Shown here: piece after piece, positions 49,576 to 62,093 of the stretch
How the letters are laid out: the number at the start of each line of letters is the position of its first letter
Numbering within the stretch: the stretch's first letter is position 1
The notes under the pieces: model-generated
Databases searched by the model: none
Seen by the model: only the letters and a program-made list of their open reading frames with translations
What the model was told of the DNA's origin: nothing
Assembly: GCF_963921235.1 (NCBI RefSeq)
Contig: NC_086108.1
Span: 117,554,001 to 117,618,000, forward strand
DNA: 64,000 nucleotides
Direction: 5' to 3'
From: Mobula hypostoma
Lineage: Eukaryota
Program-made: the position numbers and the translations under genes

Positions 49576-49894
49576 GTAGGGAGATGTCTTTAATCCAGTC
49601 AGAAAGCCTTATCTCATGGTTGGGAGATTGCATGGTACCAAGCATAATGACAGACAAAAGGCTTTAGAATGCTGATTTGGAAAATGGCAGTTGTATCAAG
49701 GAATTATTCAAGGATGTAAGTACACAAGGAAATAGATGTAGTGCACTTGGCCCATCAAGTCTTCCCCATGATTCAATCTGAAAGTTGCTGAACTGCCACA
49801 CTTCCTCTTCCCTGCCCACCTCTCTGTCCACAAAACTAAAGTCTCAGGAGGAACCATTTCCAAAGTCTTCACATCTTTACCAAAGTGTGGTGTC

Positions 49895-50470
49895 CATAAG
49901 GAAGTGATGTTGAAACTTTATAAGGCACTGGTGAGGCATTGTGAGCAGGTTTGGGCCCCTTATCTTAGAAAGGATGTGCTGAAACTGGAGAGGGTTCAAA
50001 GAGGTTCACGAAAATGATTCCAGGATTGAACGGCTTGTCGTATCAAGAGTGTTTGATGGCTCTGGCCAGTATTCACTGGAATTCAGAAGAATGGAGAGCA
50101 ACCTCATTGAAACCTATCGAATGGTGAAAGGCCTTGACAGACTGGATATAGAGAGGATATTTTCTATGGTGGAAGAGTCTAAGATAAGAGGACACAGCCT
50201 CAGAATAGATGGGAGTTCTTTTAGATGGAGATGAGGAGGAAATTCTTTAGCCAGAGAGAGGTGAATCTTTGGAGTTCTTTGCCACAAGCAGCTGTGGAGG
50301 CCTATGTATATTTAAGACAGAGATTGAGGGATTCTTGATTAGTCAGGCATGAAGGATAAAGGAGAAAGGCAGAAGATTTGAGCTGAGAGGGAAAATGGAT
50401 CAGTCATGATGAAATGGTGGGACAAACTCGATGGCCAAATGGCCTAATTCTGCTTCTATGTCTTATGGTC
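49895..50470 (+). mobile_element. CR1 3' fragment
   Basis: LYKALVR, YSLEFRRM, RGHSLRI remnants; TATGTCTTATGGTC tail. Confidence 0.8.
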
Positions 50471-50809
50471 TCGAGACACAAACCCCCTGATGTGGCTAAA
50501 ACACTTTCCATCATGACTTCCTTGATCTGGTTATCATAGTAAAACAGCAGAGAAACAGGCCCTTCTGGTCCATGCTGACCAACATGTCCCATCCAAGTTA
50601 TTCTTATTTGCCAGCTATTCTGCCTCTATGCATAGAGCCCACAATTCCGAAGTGCCTTTTTAACCACTTTCTCAACCATATAGAGTCATATAGCATAGAA
50701 AGTGACCCCTGGGCCACTGAGTCCATGTGGACTATGAACAACCTGGTTTCTACCCCAAAATTTTTATTTTCCAACTTTCCCAGATTGTACCCCTCATTTT
50801 CACCAGGAT

Positions 50810-50970
50810 AATTAACTGACAAATCCACAGCCTTTAGGATGTGGGAAGGAGCAGGAGCACCGGGGGGATAACTGCAGTTATAGGGAGAACATGCACAGTA
50901 GCAGAGGTCGGTACTGAACCTGAATCTCTGAGCTGAAAGGTAGGGGCTTTACCTGCTCCTCTACAATGCC
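50810..50970 (-). mobile_element. Decayed V-SINE
   Basis: Reverse complement of the V-domain (GGATGTGGGAAGGA...GGGAGAACATGCAC). Confidence 0.55.
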
Positions 50971-51064
50971 CTCTGTGACTTCTTTCCCCCTTTTAGAACG
51001 GTACCCTCTACTTCTCATTATTTAATGCTTCATGGTTCTCAGCATTAAACTTCATCTGCTACTT

Positions 51065-51480
51065 CTCTGCCTGTCTTCTAGTCTGTCTGTATCTCCTTCA
51101 TCCTGTCCCCAACCCTGTCTATACTTCCTTGGTCCTGTCCCCAAGCCTGTCTATATCTCCTTGGTCCTGTCTCCAAGCCTGTCTATATCTCCTTGGTCCT
51201 GTCTCCAAGCCTGTCTATATCTCCTTGGTCCTGTCTGCTAGACTATGTATATCTCATTGTTGCCATCTCCTAGTTTGTCTATATCTCCTTGGTCCTGTCT
51301 CTTAGCCTGCCTATTGCTCTTTGGTCCTATCACACAGACTGTCCATATCTTCTTGGTCCTGTTTCCTAGCCTGTCTATGTCTCATTGATCCTGCCTCCTA
51401 GTCTATCCATTTCTCCTTGATTCTGTCTTCTAGCATGTCTATCTCCTTGGTCCTGTCTCCTAGCCTGTCTGTATCTCTTT
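51065..51480. repeat. 32-bp minisatellite (CTTGGTCCTGTCTCCAAGCCTGTCTATATCTC)
   Basis: TTGGTCC recurs at 51129, 51161, 51193, 51225 and onward with decay. Confidence 0.9.
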
Positions 51481-52231
51481 TTTTCCTGTCTGCCTTTTGG
51501 TCCATTACTGTACTTTTCACAGTTAACAAGCACTCCCAAGAGCTGGATTGTCTGCAGATTTGAATATTCTGGTCATTGCACCCAAGGCATTGGCAAATGG
51601 AAAGGCAAAGACCCAGGAACTCCTCTGGGGGAACTCCAGCATACATTTCCTCCAGTTGTGAAAGAAGCTGCATAATGGCTCTGTTCCTCTTTCTTTAGCA
51701 GCTGTCACTCCCTGCTTCCACAGACACTGCTGTAAATATGAGCAGATACTGGAAGCACTCTGCAGGTCAGGTGGTATCTGTGGAGTTCCCAACCTTTTTT
51801 ATGCATGGACCCCTACCATTAACTGACCCCATGTAGGGAACCCTTGGTCTAAATTATCTCTCAAATTTAGCCAACAGTCTTCACTGTCTACTACACAACT
51901 AGTTTTGGTGTTATGTGGAGTCACCAACCAATATTGTCATCCAAAGCATTAACATACTGTAAGTGTCCAGCGACAGAGGGCCCAGTACTAGTCCTTGCTG
52001 CACACCACTTGTCACAGTTCCCCAGCCTGAAAACAACCCTCCATCTGGAGAAGAATATCAGAATTGTACACTTTGATAATAAATGAACCTTTAAACCTTT
52101 GTACTACTTCCCTCTGCCTTCCTCTACCAAGCTAACTTTATATCCAGTTGGCTGTTTCCCCTGGATCCCATGTGGTCTCTATGCAGTTGGAATATTGTGT
52201 AAAGCAGCTTGAGACACAGACCAATCTCCCA

Positions 52232-52502
52232 CAGTGGCACAAGTGGATGAGTTGATTTCCTGCTATCTCATATCTCCATGAATCAAGTTCTGCTTTGACC
52301 TCCAGCACTGCCTGTATGGAGTTTGTACATTCCCCCTGTGACCACTTGTTTTACTTGGATGCTCTGTTTCCTTCCAGATTCCAAAACCATGTGAGTCAGT
52401 GGGCTAATTGTCCACTGTAAATTGTCCCCAGTGTGTGGGTGAGAGGTGGAACCTTGGGGGAGTTGATGGGAATGAAATCAGATCAGTGTAAGATTATGGT
52501 AA
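52232..52502 (+). mobile_element. V-SINE (HE1-like); its tail resumes at ~53510-53550 after the PLE insertion
   Basis: GTGGCACAAGTGG head; GTATGGAGTTTGTACATTCCCCCTGTGACC V-domain; CACTGTAAATTGTCCC. Confidence 0.7.
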
Positions 52503-53495
52503 GGAATGCAGCAGGCCAGGCAGCATCTCTAGGAAGAGGTACAGTCGACGTTTTGGGTCGAGACCCTTCATCAGGACTAACTGAAAGAAGAGATGGTAAG
52601 AGATTTGAAAGTGGGAGGGGGAGGGGAGATCCGAAATGTTAGGAGAAGACAGGAGGGGGAGGGATGGAGCCAAGAGCTGGACAGGTGATTGGCAAAATGT
52701 GTGGCCACTGGGAGATCCTGCTTTCTCTGGCGGACAGAGCATAAGTGTTCAGCGAAATGGTCTCCCAGTCTATGTCGGGTCTCGCCAATATATAGAAGGC
52801 CGCATCAGGAGCACCGGACACAGTATATCACACCAGCCGACTCACAGGTGAAGTGTTGCCTCACCTGGAAGGACTGTCTGGGGCCCTGAATGGTGGTAAG
52901 GGAGGAAATGTAAGGGCATGTGTAGCACTTGTTCCGCTTACAAGGATAAGTGCCAGGAGGGAGATCGGTGGGAAGGGCTGGGGGAGACGAATGGACAAGG
53001 GAGTCATGTAGGGAGCCATCCCTGCGGAAAGCAGAAAGGCGGGGGGAGGGAAAGATGCGCTTGGTGGTGGGATCCTGTTCTCCCTCTGTCCCTCTCACTG
53101 TAACTTCTTGCCTGCTCTCCATCTTCCTCCGGGCTCCCCTCCCCCTTTCTTTCTCCCTAGGCCTCCTGTCCCATGATCTTTTCCCTTCTCCAGCCTTGTA
53201 TCCCTTTTGCCAATCAACTGTCCAGCTCTTGGCTCCATCCCTCCCGCGCCAATCAACTGTCCAGCTCTTGGCTCCATCCCTCCCGCTCCTGTCTTCTCCT
53301 ATCATTTCAGATCTCCCCCTCCCCCTCCCACTTTCAAATCTGTTACTAGCTCTTCTTTCAGTTAGTCCTGATGAAGGGTCTCGACCCGAAACGTCGACTG
53401 TACTTCTTCCTATAGATGCTGCCTGGCCTGCTGCATTCCACCAGCATTTTGTGTGTGTTGCTTGAATTTCCAGCATCTGCAGATTTCCTCGTGTT
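52503..53495. mobile_element. Penelope-like (Neptune-type) insertion with inverted pLTRs and two hammerhead motifs
   Basis: 14-bp TSD TAAGATTATGGTAA (52489-52502, 53496-53509); minus strand 52700-53075 encodes PCKRNKCYTC linker and GIY-YIG (VIYCVRCS, YIGET); 53076-53495 is an inverted pLTR copy. Confidence 0.9.
53363..53400 (+). ncRNA. Minimal type I hammerhead ribozyme (intact core)
   Basis: TAGTC CTGATGA A GGGT-CTCG-ACCC GAAA CGTC GACTG: stem I, conserved CUGAUGA and GAAA boxes, stem II, very short stem III, predicted cleavage after GUC at 53395. Confidence 0.8.
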
Positions 53496-53639
53496 TAAGA
53501 TTATGGTAACTTGTATTTGTTGGTTAGCACAGGCTCAGTGGGCTGAAGTAACTAAAAATGATCACTAGTACCCCATTGTTGCAACTGCATAGACCTGGTC
53601 CTCAGTGTGATATCTTATGAAATGTACCCCCTGTAATAG

Positions 53640-54215
53640 GCCTCCATCGGTCAGGGCCAACCATGCATGTTGTGTCTTAGCTGTCTAGATACGCACTCCA
53701 GGGCCGTACAATATGGAGAGCAAGCTGTTGCCCATGTAGCAAGTCCCTCCTCTCTACACAGATGATGAACCCAAATGAAAGGCAAATGATGCATTTTGGT
53801 ATCAGCAATGTCGCAGGAGTTGCCAGTCAGCGTTGAACTCAGCATAGGACTGCCTTGGAGACTCCAGCTCTGGATTTTTCCCTCGGGGTTTACTTCCAAA
53901 GCCTTCCCCATGAGTGGGTATGGCCACCAGGCAGCAGAGGTTTAAGATCAGAGTTTGCATTCTCCTGGATGAGCTGCCCACCACTGCTGATGAACCCCAG
54001 ATATCGAAGCAACTGGTTTTAAGGTGGCAGGAATCCACCCTTGCCCCTTCTCCTGTCAGTAGAAACGGTTCTGCCGGGTTTAGTAGCTAAACCACATGTG
54101 AAAGCCAGGAGCTGGACTTGGTTGTCAGAGGCTATCAAGGCACATGCCTTTGGGAGTATTTACTAGGTAGTGGGAGTTATCCCCACTACACGCCTGGCTA
54201 TAACAATCTTAGGAG
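53640..54215 (-). mobile_element. Probable RTE-derived non-autonomous element
   Basis: Minus strand GGCAGCTCATCCAGGAGAATGCAAACTCTGATCTTAAACC resembles RTE-clade 5' UTR; no ORF. Confidence 0.4.
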
Positions 54216-55454
54216 CCCCCTGTAATAATGTAGTAACCCCTCGCTGTTACACTGAACGTTCAAGCTGAACTTCTAATGTGGTTTCTAGAGTGAGAGCTAA
54301 ACCCACAGACTCCTAACTCAGAGAGAAGTGAGAAACAAACTGAACAAGTTCGCTATTTTCACAGGCACTAAATCTGTTCCCATTGGTGTATGGAAGCATG
54401 CCTTTTGATCTAGCTAGTCTATGCCAACCAAATACCCCATTAAGGCTAGTCCCATTTACCTGCATTTAGTCCACATCCTACTCATGTGCCTGTCCAATTG
54501 CATTTTAAAAGTTTTCTTTGTCCTTTCTCAGTCACTTCATCTGGTAGCTGATTCCACATACTGTAGATACCACCTTCTGTGTAAACATAAGTTTCCCCTC
54601 AAGTTCCTCTTAAATCTTTCTCCTCTCACCGTAAATGTCTGCCTACTAGTCCTTGATTCCCCAGCTCGAGGTGGGGTGGGGGGGAGATGACTGGCCACTT
54701 GCTGCTGTCCATACTCCATGATTTTCTACACTTCTATGTGATCACCTCTCAGTCAGACACTCCAAGGAAGGTCTCTGGCACTGACTCTGGGGAGAAGAGG
54801 AATGTAGTGGGGATAGGGGATAAGACAGGGAATTCTGTCGATGTGAAGGAGACCCAGGTGGCATATTCCTTCCAAGGTGCCATGGTCAGGGATTATCTCA
54901 CATTGGGCCCACAGGATTCTAAGTGGGAGAGTGTACAGCTGGATGTTGGTACCAACAACATCGCTAGGAAAACGAATAAGGTTCTGAAGAGAGAATATTG
55001 GAGTTGAGTAGCATGCTGAAAAGCAGGATCTCAAAGGCCATAATCTCTGGATTGCTGCCTATGCCATGAGCCAGTGAAGGGTAAGAATGAATGATTTGGC
55101 AGATGAATGTGTCACTGATGATTTGATGCAGGAAGCAGGGGTTCAGATTTCTGGATCATTGGGAACACTTCTGGGGAAAGTACAAACTACAATTACACCT
55201 GTACTTGAGGGGGACCAATATCTATGCAGGCAGGTTAGACATAGCAGTTGATAGGGCAAAATTGCAGTCAGTGTGATGCATCAAACTGTGCCTTTAAACC
55301 AAATAGTTGGTTCAACGGTTGAACAGTTTGAAAAAGTGAGGATAAAGTAAAAGGGAAGGAGAATGCAGAAGAGATTACAAATGTCTCTAGAATAAATAAA
55401 AGGACAATTAATTTGGAGACAGTTCAAAATAAATTTATTATCAAAGTACATATA

Positions 55455-55521
55455 CAGTGCCTATAAAAAGTATTCACCCCCTTGGAAGTTATTATGTTTT
55501 ATTGCTTTGCAACATTGAATC
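55455..55521 (+). mobile_element. Isolated Tc1-like terminal inverted repeat
   Basis: TA followed by CAGTGCCTATAAAAAGTATTCACCCCCTTGG; no partner TIR seen. Confidence 0.65.
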
Positions 55522-56422
55522 TTGACAAGAGATTCAACAAGACCTCGGCCTTCACCCTACCTTGTGTTGCTGGATCCTGGACTTCCTGTCAGATCACCGC
55601 CAGATGGGCTCCCTCACCTCTGCCCCTCTGACCCTCAACACAGGTGCCCCATAGGGCTGTGTACTTAGTCTCCTCCTTTACTCTCTGTATACCCATGACT
55701 GTGTTGCTACCCACAGCTCCAATCTGCTAATTAAATTTGCTGACAACATTACACTGATTGGCCTAATCTCAAATAATGAGGCAGCCTACAGAGAAGTCAT
55801 CACCCTGACACAGTGGTGTCAAGAAAACAACCTCTCCCTCAACGTCGCAGAAACAATGGAGACAGGCTAACCCCTACTCACAGGGTGAACAGCTATGGAG
55901 ATTCAGTTCTCAACCTGGGTGTCAAGGGAAGATGGCCAGTATATGGAATTAAGAGGGAGGGGTGAGACAAAAGGCAATAGATTGAACCAGGAACCAGGGA
56001 AGTGGGGAATGAGGAGCAGATGGAATCATGTAAGGGTTGGGAAGGGGAAATTTTTGGGGATAGAGGTTGGTGAGTGATACTTACCAGACAAGGGAAAGAT
56101 GATGGAGTGAGGTAGGCATTGGGATGGGAGGGGGGGCAGGTCAAGTGGTGGTAATTGGCAAATGGACCAGGTTGGGAAGGGTAGCGAGACGGGACAGTGG
56201 ATTAATTGGATGCAGTAACAATCCCCAGCATGTGGTGGTGGATAACTCTGGGGGAGCTGATGGGAATGTGAGGAAAGCTGGTTACGTGATTATTGGTTAC
56301 AGGATGGGATTGCTGTCTGTAAATTGGCATGGACTTGATAGCTGAATGGCCCACCACAATTCTTCTGTGGAACTGGATGTAAAATTAAATGGGTGGGTTA
56401 CTATGTTAGTAAAATGATATGA

Positions 56423-57100
56423 AGATTAGATTAGATTATGAGAACACTCAGTCCTCTTTTATTGTCATTTAGAAATGCATACATGCATTAAGAAATGATA
56501 CAATGTTCCTCCAGAGTGATATCACAGAAAAACAGGACAAACCAAAGGCTAACACTGACAGAACCACATAATTATAACATATAGTTACAGCAGTGCAAAT
56601 GAATACCATAATTTGATAAAGAACAGACCATGGGCACCATAAAACAAAAAAAGTCTCAAGTCCTGATCGACTCCCAAGTCCCCGATAGCAGGCAGCAAAA
56701 GGGAGAAACTCCCTGCCATAAACCTCCAGGCACCGACAACTTGCCGATGCATTGGAAGCACCAGACCACAGCCGACACTGAGTCCGTCCATCCAAAAACT
56801 TCGAGCCTCTGACCAGCCCCTCCGATACAGCCTCCCGAGTGCCATCCTCTGCTGAGCGCCTTTGACCTTGCCCCAGCTGCTGAAACAAGCAAAGCTGAGG
56901 ATTTGGGGCCTTCAGCTCCGAAGATTCCGGTTACCACACAGTAGCAGCGGCATTTCAGAAGTTTCTCCAGATGTTCCTCTATACTCTCACGTCTGTCTCC
57001 ATCAAATCAGGATTGTGCACGGTCCCTTATTTGACAGATTACAGATATCATTCATCGGAGAGGCCGCGCGAGCTGCGTCACGTTGCCATCTTCTCCTCCT
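56423..57100 (-). mobile_element. Unclassified non-coding retroposon
   Basis: (GATTA)n tail with TTTATT on +; begins AGAAGATGGCAACG on minus; relatively CpG-rich, no credible ORF. Confidence 0.45.
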
Positions 57101-57104
57101 CCAG

Positions 57105-60100
57105 GATGGTATTCTGGATAGTATAGAAGACTGTCAAAGGATGTAGTTAAGCTGTAGATAGTGGTGGAAAAATGGCATATGGAGTTTAATCCAGCCAAAT
57201 GTTGTACTTTGGAGATCAAATATAAGGGGATAGGACACAGTCAATGGCAGATTCCTTAACGGTGTTGATGAACAGAGAGATCTTGTGGCCCAAGTCCATA
57301 TTGTCCTGAAGGTGGCTACACAGGTTGATAGGATGGTAAAGAAGATTACAGCTGGTTCGCCTTTATTCGATGAGGAGTTCAAAAGTCAGGAGGTTGTGTT
57401 GCAGCTTTATAAAACTCTAGTTTGGCCTCATCTGGAGTATTGTATACAGTTCTGATGATCCATTATGGGAAGGATGTGGAGGCTTTGGAGAGAGTGCAGA
57501 AAGGGTTCACTAGGATATTGTCTGTATTAGAAGGCATTGGAATGTGCAGAGAATGGAGGATTATGGACATTGTGTTGGTAGAAAGGATTAGTTTAATTGA
57601 GCATTTAATTAGTTCAGCACAACATCGTGGTCTGAAGGGCCTATACCTGTGTTGTACTGTTCTGTATTGTAATCAGCTCAGGAAAATATAGATGAAAGGT
57701 CGTAACATGGAGTGTATTGACAAGCTGGGTGGGTACGGCAGAGACTAGTTTTCAGCTCCAGTTATCTACAATCTGTGGTGGTTATGCTGAGGGACCAAAT
57801 GTAACATTTCCTAGTTTCTGACGATATTAAATTGTGAGTGTAGAAGAGGAAGAGAAGGGCCTCGGGGGGGGGGGGGGTGACACGCTGAGTGAGTGGGTGG
57901 GAAATTAAAATGAAATGTGGAAAACAATGAGATCATCCACTTTAGTAAACTGTCTTCAGACTACTGAGAGGTGAGGTAATGCTAATGTTCAATGGGAATG
58001 TGGATGTTTGTATAAATAGGATATTGGCCTTTATCACAGGAAGTTTGAGTTGAGGAGTAAAGAGGTCTTACTTAAATCATAAGGGGCTTCACTAAGGCCA
58101 TATCTTTCCTTGTTGAAGGAGATGTACTTGCCATAGACATACCTGTATATAGAGTTCTGTAATAATTCATCAGGTTGATTCCTGGATTTTTGTTGTATGA
58201 AGAATTTTGTGTGCAACTGTTCCAACAAGACATTGATTTACATAGAGAGATGAGAGTTTAAAAGAAGAGAGTGGGAGAAGTTGGCTCATTTTGCACCTCA
58301 CAATTCCTGAGGAGACATTGGATTGTGCATAGTTAGGCACTTGTCAAGGACCAATAAAAAGAAGCAGGTTTAAGCAGAGTGGCCATTATGTGAGTGGGGG
58401 CTTGAGGATTTGGCTCATCGAGGCTTCCCCAAGGAGATATGTAGGCCATATGTAGATTTTTAAATTATTATTTATTCTTTCATGCTTATTTATTGCACGT
58501 TTAGAACAGTGGGAATGCCAGGCAGGATAATTGCATGCTGCTCTTGTGGGTTGTGGGAAGGCAGTGAGAACTCCAGTGTCCCTGACGATTACAACTGCGA
58601 GAAGTGCATCCAGCTGCAGCTTATAACAGACCCTGTTAAGGAGTTGGAGTTGGAACTGTATCAACTCCGGATTATTCAGAAGGTTGAGGGGTTGATAGGG
58701 CATACAGGGAGGTTGTTACACCCAAGTTGCATGACATAGGTAAATGGGTGACTGTCAGGAGGGAGAAAGGGGGATAGGGAGCCAGTGTGGAGGAACATTG
58801 TGGCTGTTCCCCTCAACATCAAGTATACCACTTTGGATAATGTTGAGTCGATGACCTAGCAGAGGAAAGTCACAATGGTCAGGTCTCTGGCACTGAGTCT
58901 GGCTCTGTGGCTCAGAAGGGAAGGGAAGGGGAGAGAAGAGGTGAGTAGTAGTGAGAGGGGATTTGTTGGTTAGGGGAACAGAAAGGGGGTTCTGTCGATG
59001 AGAACAAGATTCTTAGGTGGTTTGTTGCCTCCCAGATGCCAGGTTCAGGGACATCTCAGATTAAGTCCTCAGTATCTTTAAGTGGGAGGGTGAACAGTCA
59101 GAGATCATGGACTATGTTGGTACTAATGACATGGGTCCTGCAAAGTCAATTTAGGGAGTTCGAAGTAAGTGTATTGACATGTTCAATAAATCTATAATAG
59201 AATAATAAAAACATAATATGATCAACAAAAGACTGCACTAACTTGGGTGTTCAACCAGTATGCAAAAGACAATGAGCTATGCCAAAACAAAAAGAAAGAA
59301 ATGATGATAAAAATAAATAAACAGTAAATATTGAGAACATGAGATGAAGAGTTATTGAAAGTGACTCCATAGGTTGTGGTTAAGAAACAAAAAGGAGTTG
59401 CATAGCAGGTTTAGCCATGTAGGAACAAATGAGGTATTTGAGGAGTATAAGAAATGCAAGAGATATTAAGAAGGAAATCAGGAGGGCTAATGAAGGCATG
59501 AGGTTGATTTAGTAGACAAGGTGAAGGAGAATTTTCTTTTAAGCGCTTCTACAGATTTAATAATAGCAAAAGGATTGCAATGGATAAAATTAGTGCTCTG
59601 GAAGATCAGAGTGGTAAGCTAGGCGTGGAGCCAAAACAGATGGGGTAGATTTTAAATGGATATTTTGCATTTGTATTTACTCAAAGTTTTAAGTCCAAAG
59701 CAAATTTATTATCAAAGTACATATACTGTATGTCGCTATATACAATCCTGAGATTAATTTTCTTGCAGGCATACTCACATAAATCTATAGAATAATTACC
59801 AGAATAGAATCAATGAAAGACTGCACCATCTTGGGCATTCATCCAGTACGCAAAAGTCAACAAAATGCGCAAACACGAAAAGAAAGATAATAATAATAAA
59901 CAATTAAGCAATAAATATTAAGAACATGAGATGAGGAGTCCTTGAAAGCGACTCTATGGGAACATTTCAGTGATGGGGCAAGTGAAGTTGAGTTTTGGTT
60001 GAAGAACCTGATGGTTGAGGGGTAATAACTGTTCCTGAACCTGGTGGTGTAGGCCCTGAGGCTCCTGTACCTTCTTCCAGATGGCAGCAGTGAGAAAACA

Positions 60101-62093
60101 GCATGTCCTGGGTGGTGGGGATGCTGCTTTCCTTCTACAGTGTTTCATGCAGATGTGTTCTATGGTTAGGAGGCTTTATTCCATTAGACCATAAGATGTA
60201 GGAGCAGAATTAGGCCATTTGACCCATCGAGTCTGTTCCACCATTTCATCATGGCTGATCCAATTTTTTCTCTCGGCCCCAGACTCTTACCATCCCCCTG
60301 TCATGCCCTGACCAATCAAGAATCTGTCAACCTCTGCTTGATCTCCACAGCTGTTTGTGGCAAAGAATTTCACAGATTCACCATTCTCTGGCTAAAGAAA
60401 TTTCTCCTCATCTACATTCTAAAAAGGATGCTCTTCTATTCTGAGACTGTATCCTCCGGTGTCCAAAGTTTGGGAGCCATTCCAGAATCTAGTGATTCTT
60501 GCAGGATCATTACTAATGCCTCCACAGTTTCTTCAGCTACCTTTCTCAGAACCCTGGGACGTACGCTACTTTGCAGACCTTTCAGTTTCCCAAGAACCTT
60601 CTCTTTAGTAATGGTAACTTCACACACTTCATAACCCCTGACACCAGGAACTTCCACCATACCTCTATTGTCATCCACAGTGAAGAATGATGGAAACTAC
60701 TTATTCAGTTTGTGCACCATTTCTTCGTCTGTCATTAGTACCTCTCCAGCATCATTTTTCAGCGGTCTGATATCCACGCATGCCTCTCTCTTACACTTTA
60801 TGTATCTGATGAAACTGTTGGTATCCTCCTTAATATTATTGGCAAGCTTACTTTCATATTCCATCTTTACCTTCTTAATGACTTTTTTAGTTGCCTTCTG
60901 TTGATATTTAAAAGCTTCCCAATCCCCAATACTCCTGATGGACTGGACCGTATGCATTACTTTTTGTAGGATTTTGCATTCAAGGACATTGGTGTTTCCA
61001 TACCTGGCTGTGATGCAGCCTGTCAATATACTCTCCATTACACAACTTTGGAAGTTTCTTAAAGTTTTAGATGTCATGCTGAATCTTTGTAAACTTCTAA
61101 GGAAAAGAGGCACTGCCGTGCTTTCTTCTTAATTGTATTTAACTGGAGAGGCCCAGGACTGGTCCTCCAAAATAATGCTGAGGAATTTAAAGTTGCTGAC
61201 CCTCACCACCTCTGCTGCTCTGGGGTCTGGTTTCCTTCTCTTAAAGTCAATAATTAGCTCCTTGCTCTTGCTGATGTTGAGTAAGAGGTTGTTGTTATTG
61301 CATCACTCATTTAGTCTTCCAGTCTCCCTCCTTAATGCAGATACTCAGGGGATGGACACAGAATTTATGGATTCTGTGCCCATCTCCTGTGAAGCAATAC
61401 CGCAGCAGCAAGGTCATGGACCCTATACAGGGGAGGAGGTGTTTGCTGACTGGTGGAAAATTAGGATGGATAAATCCACAGGGGCTGACAAGGTGTTCCC
61501 TGGGATCCTGTGGGAGGTTACTGCAGAAACTGCAGGAGCCCGAGGAAAGACATTTAAAACATCCTTAGCTATTGGTGTGCTGCCAGAAGATTGGAGGTTA
61601 GCTCATGTTGTTCAAGAAAGGCTCTAAGAATAAGCAGGAAATTATTGGCCCGTAAGCCTGACATCAGTAGTGAGAAAAATGTCGGACAGTGTTCTCAGGG
61701 ACTGGAGATATATGTAAATATATGGATAGACAGGTACTGATTAAGATAGTCAACATGGCTTTGTGCATGTTTAGTCACGTCTAAGAAACCTTTTAGAGTT
61801 TTTCGATGAAGATACCACAAAGTTTGATGAAGGCATGGCAGTCGATAGTGCCTATATGGACATTAACAAGGACTTTGACCAGGTCCTGCATGGGAGATTG
61901 GTTAAGAAGTTTCAGTCACTTGGCATTCAAGATCGGGTAGTAAAGTGGATTGGACATTTGCTCTGTGGGAGAAGACAGATAGTGGTGGTAGATAGTTGCC
62001 TCTCTTACTGGAGGCCTGTGACTTGTGATGTGTCACAGGGATCGGTGCTGGGCCCTGTTGTTTGACATCTATATCAACGATCTGGATTATAAT
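57105..62093. mobile_element. Patchwork of decayed CR1 (including ORF1 at ~58510-59150) and Rex1/Babar fragments on both strands
   Basis: CCSCGLWE...CEKCIQLQL (CR1 ORF1 finger), ESILTGCITARYG (Rex-like), FDQVLHGRLV and VSQGSVLGP (CR1 RT). Confidence 0.75.

Noticed and set aside
51065..51480. Regular 32-bp periodic array resembling a CRISPR
   Set aside because: Units are contiguous with no unique spacers, no cas genes, vertebrate context
53985..54020. CTGATGA...GAAG motif as another hammerhead
   Set aside because: No GAAA box, no stem II or stem I pairing; appears to be the antisense of an RTE-like UTR
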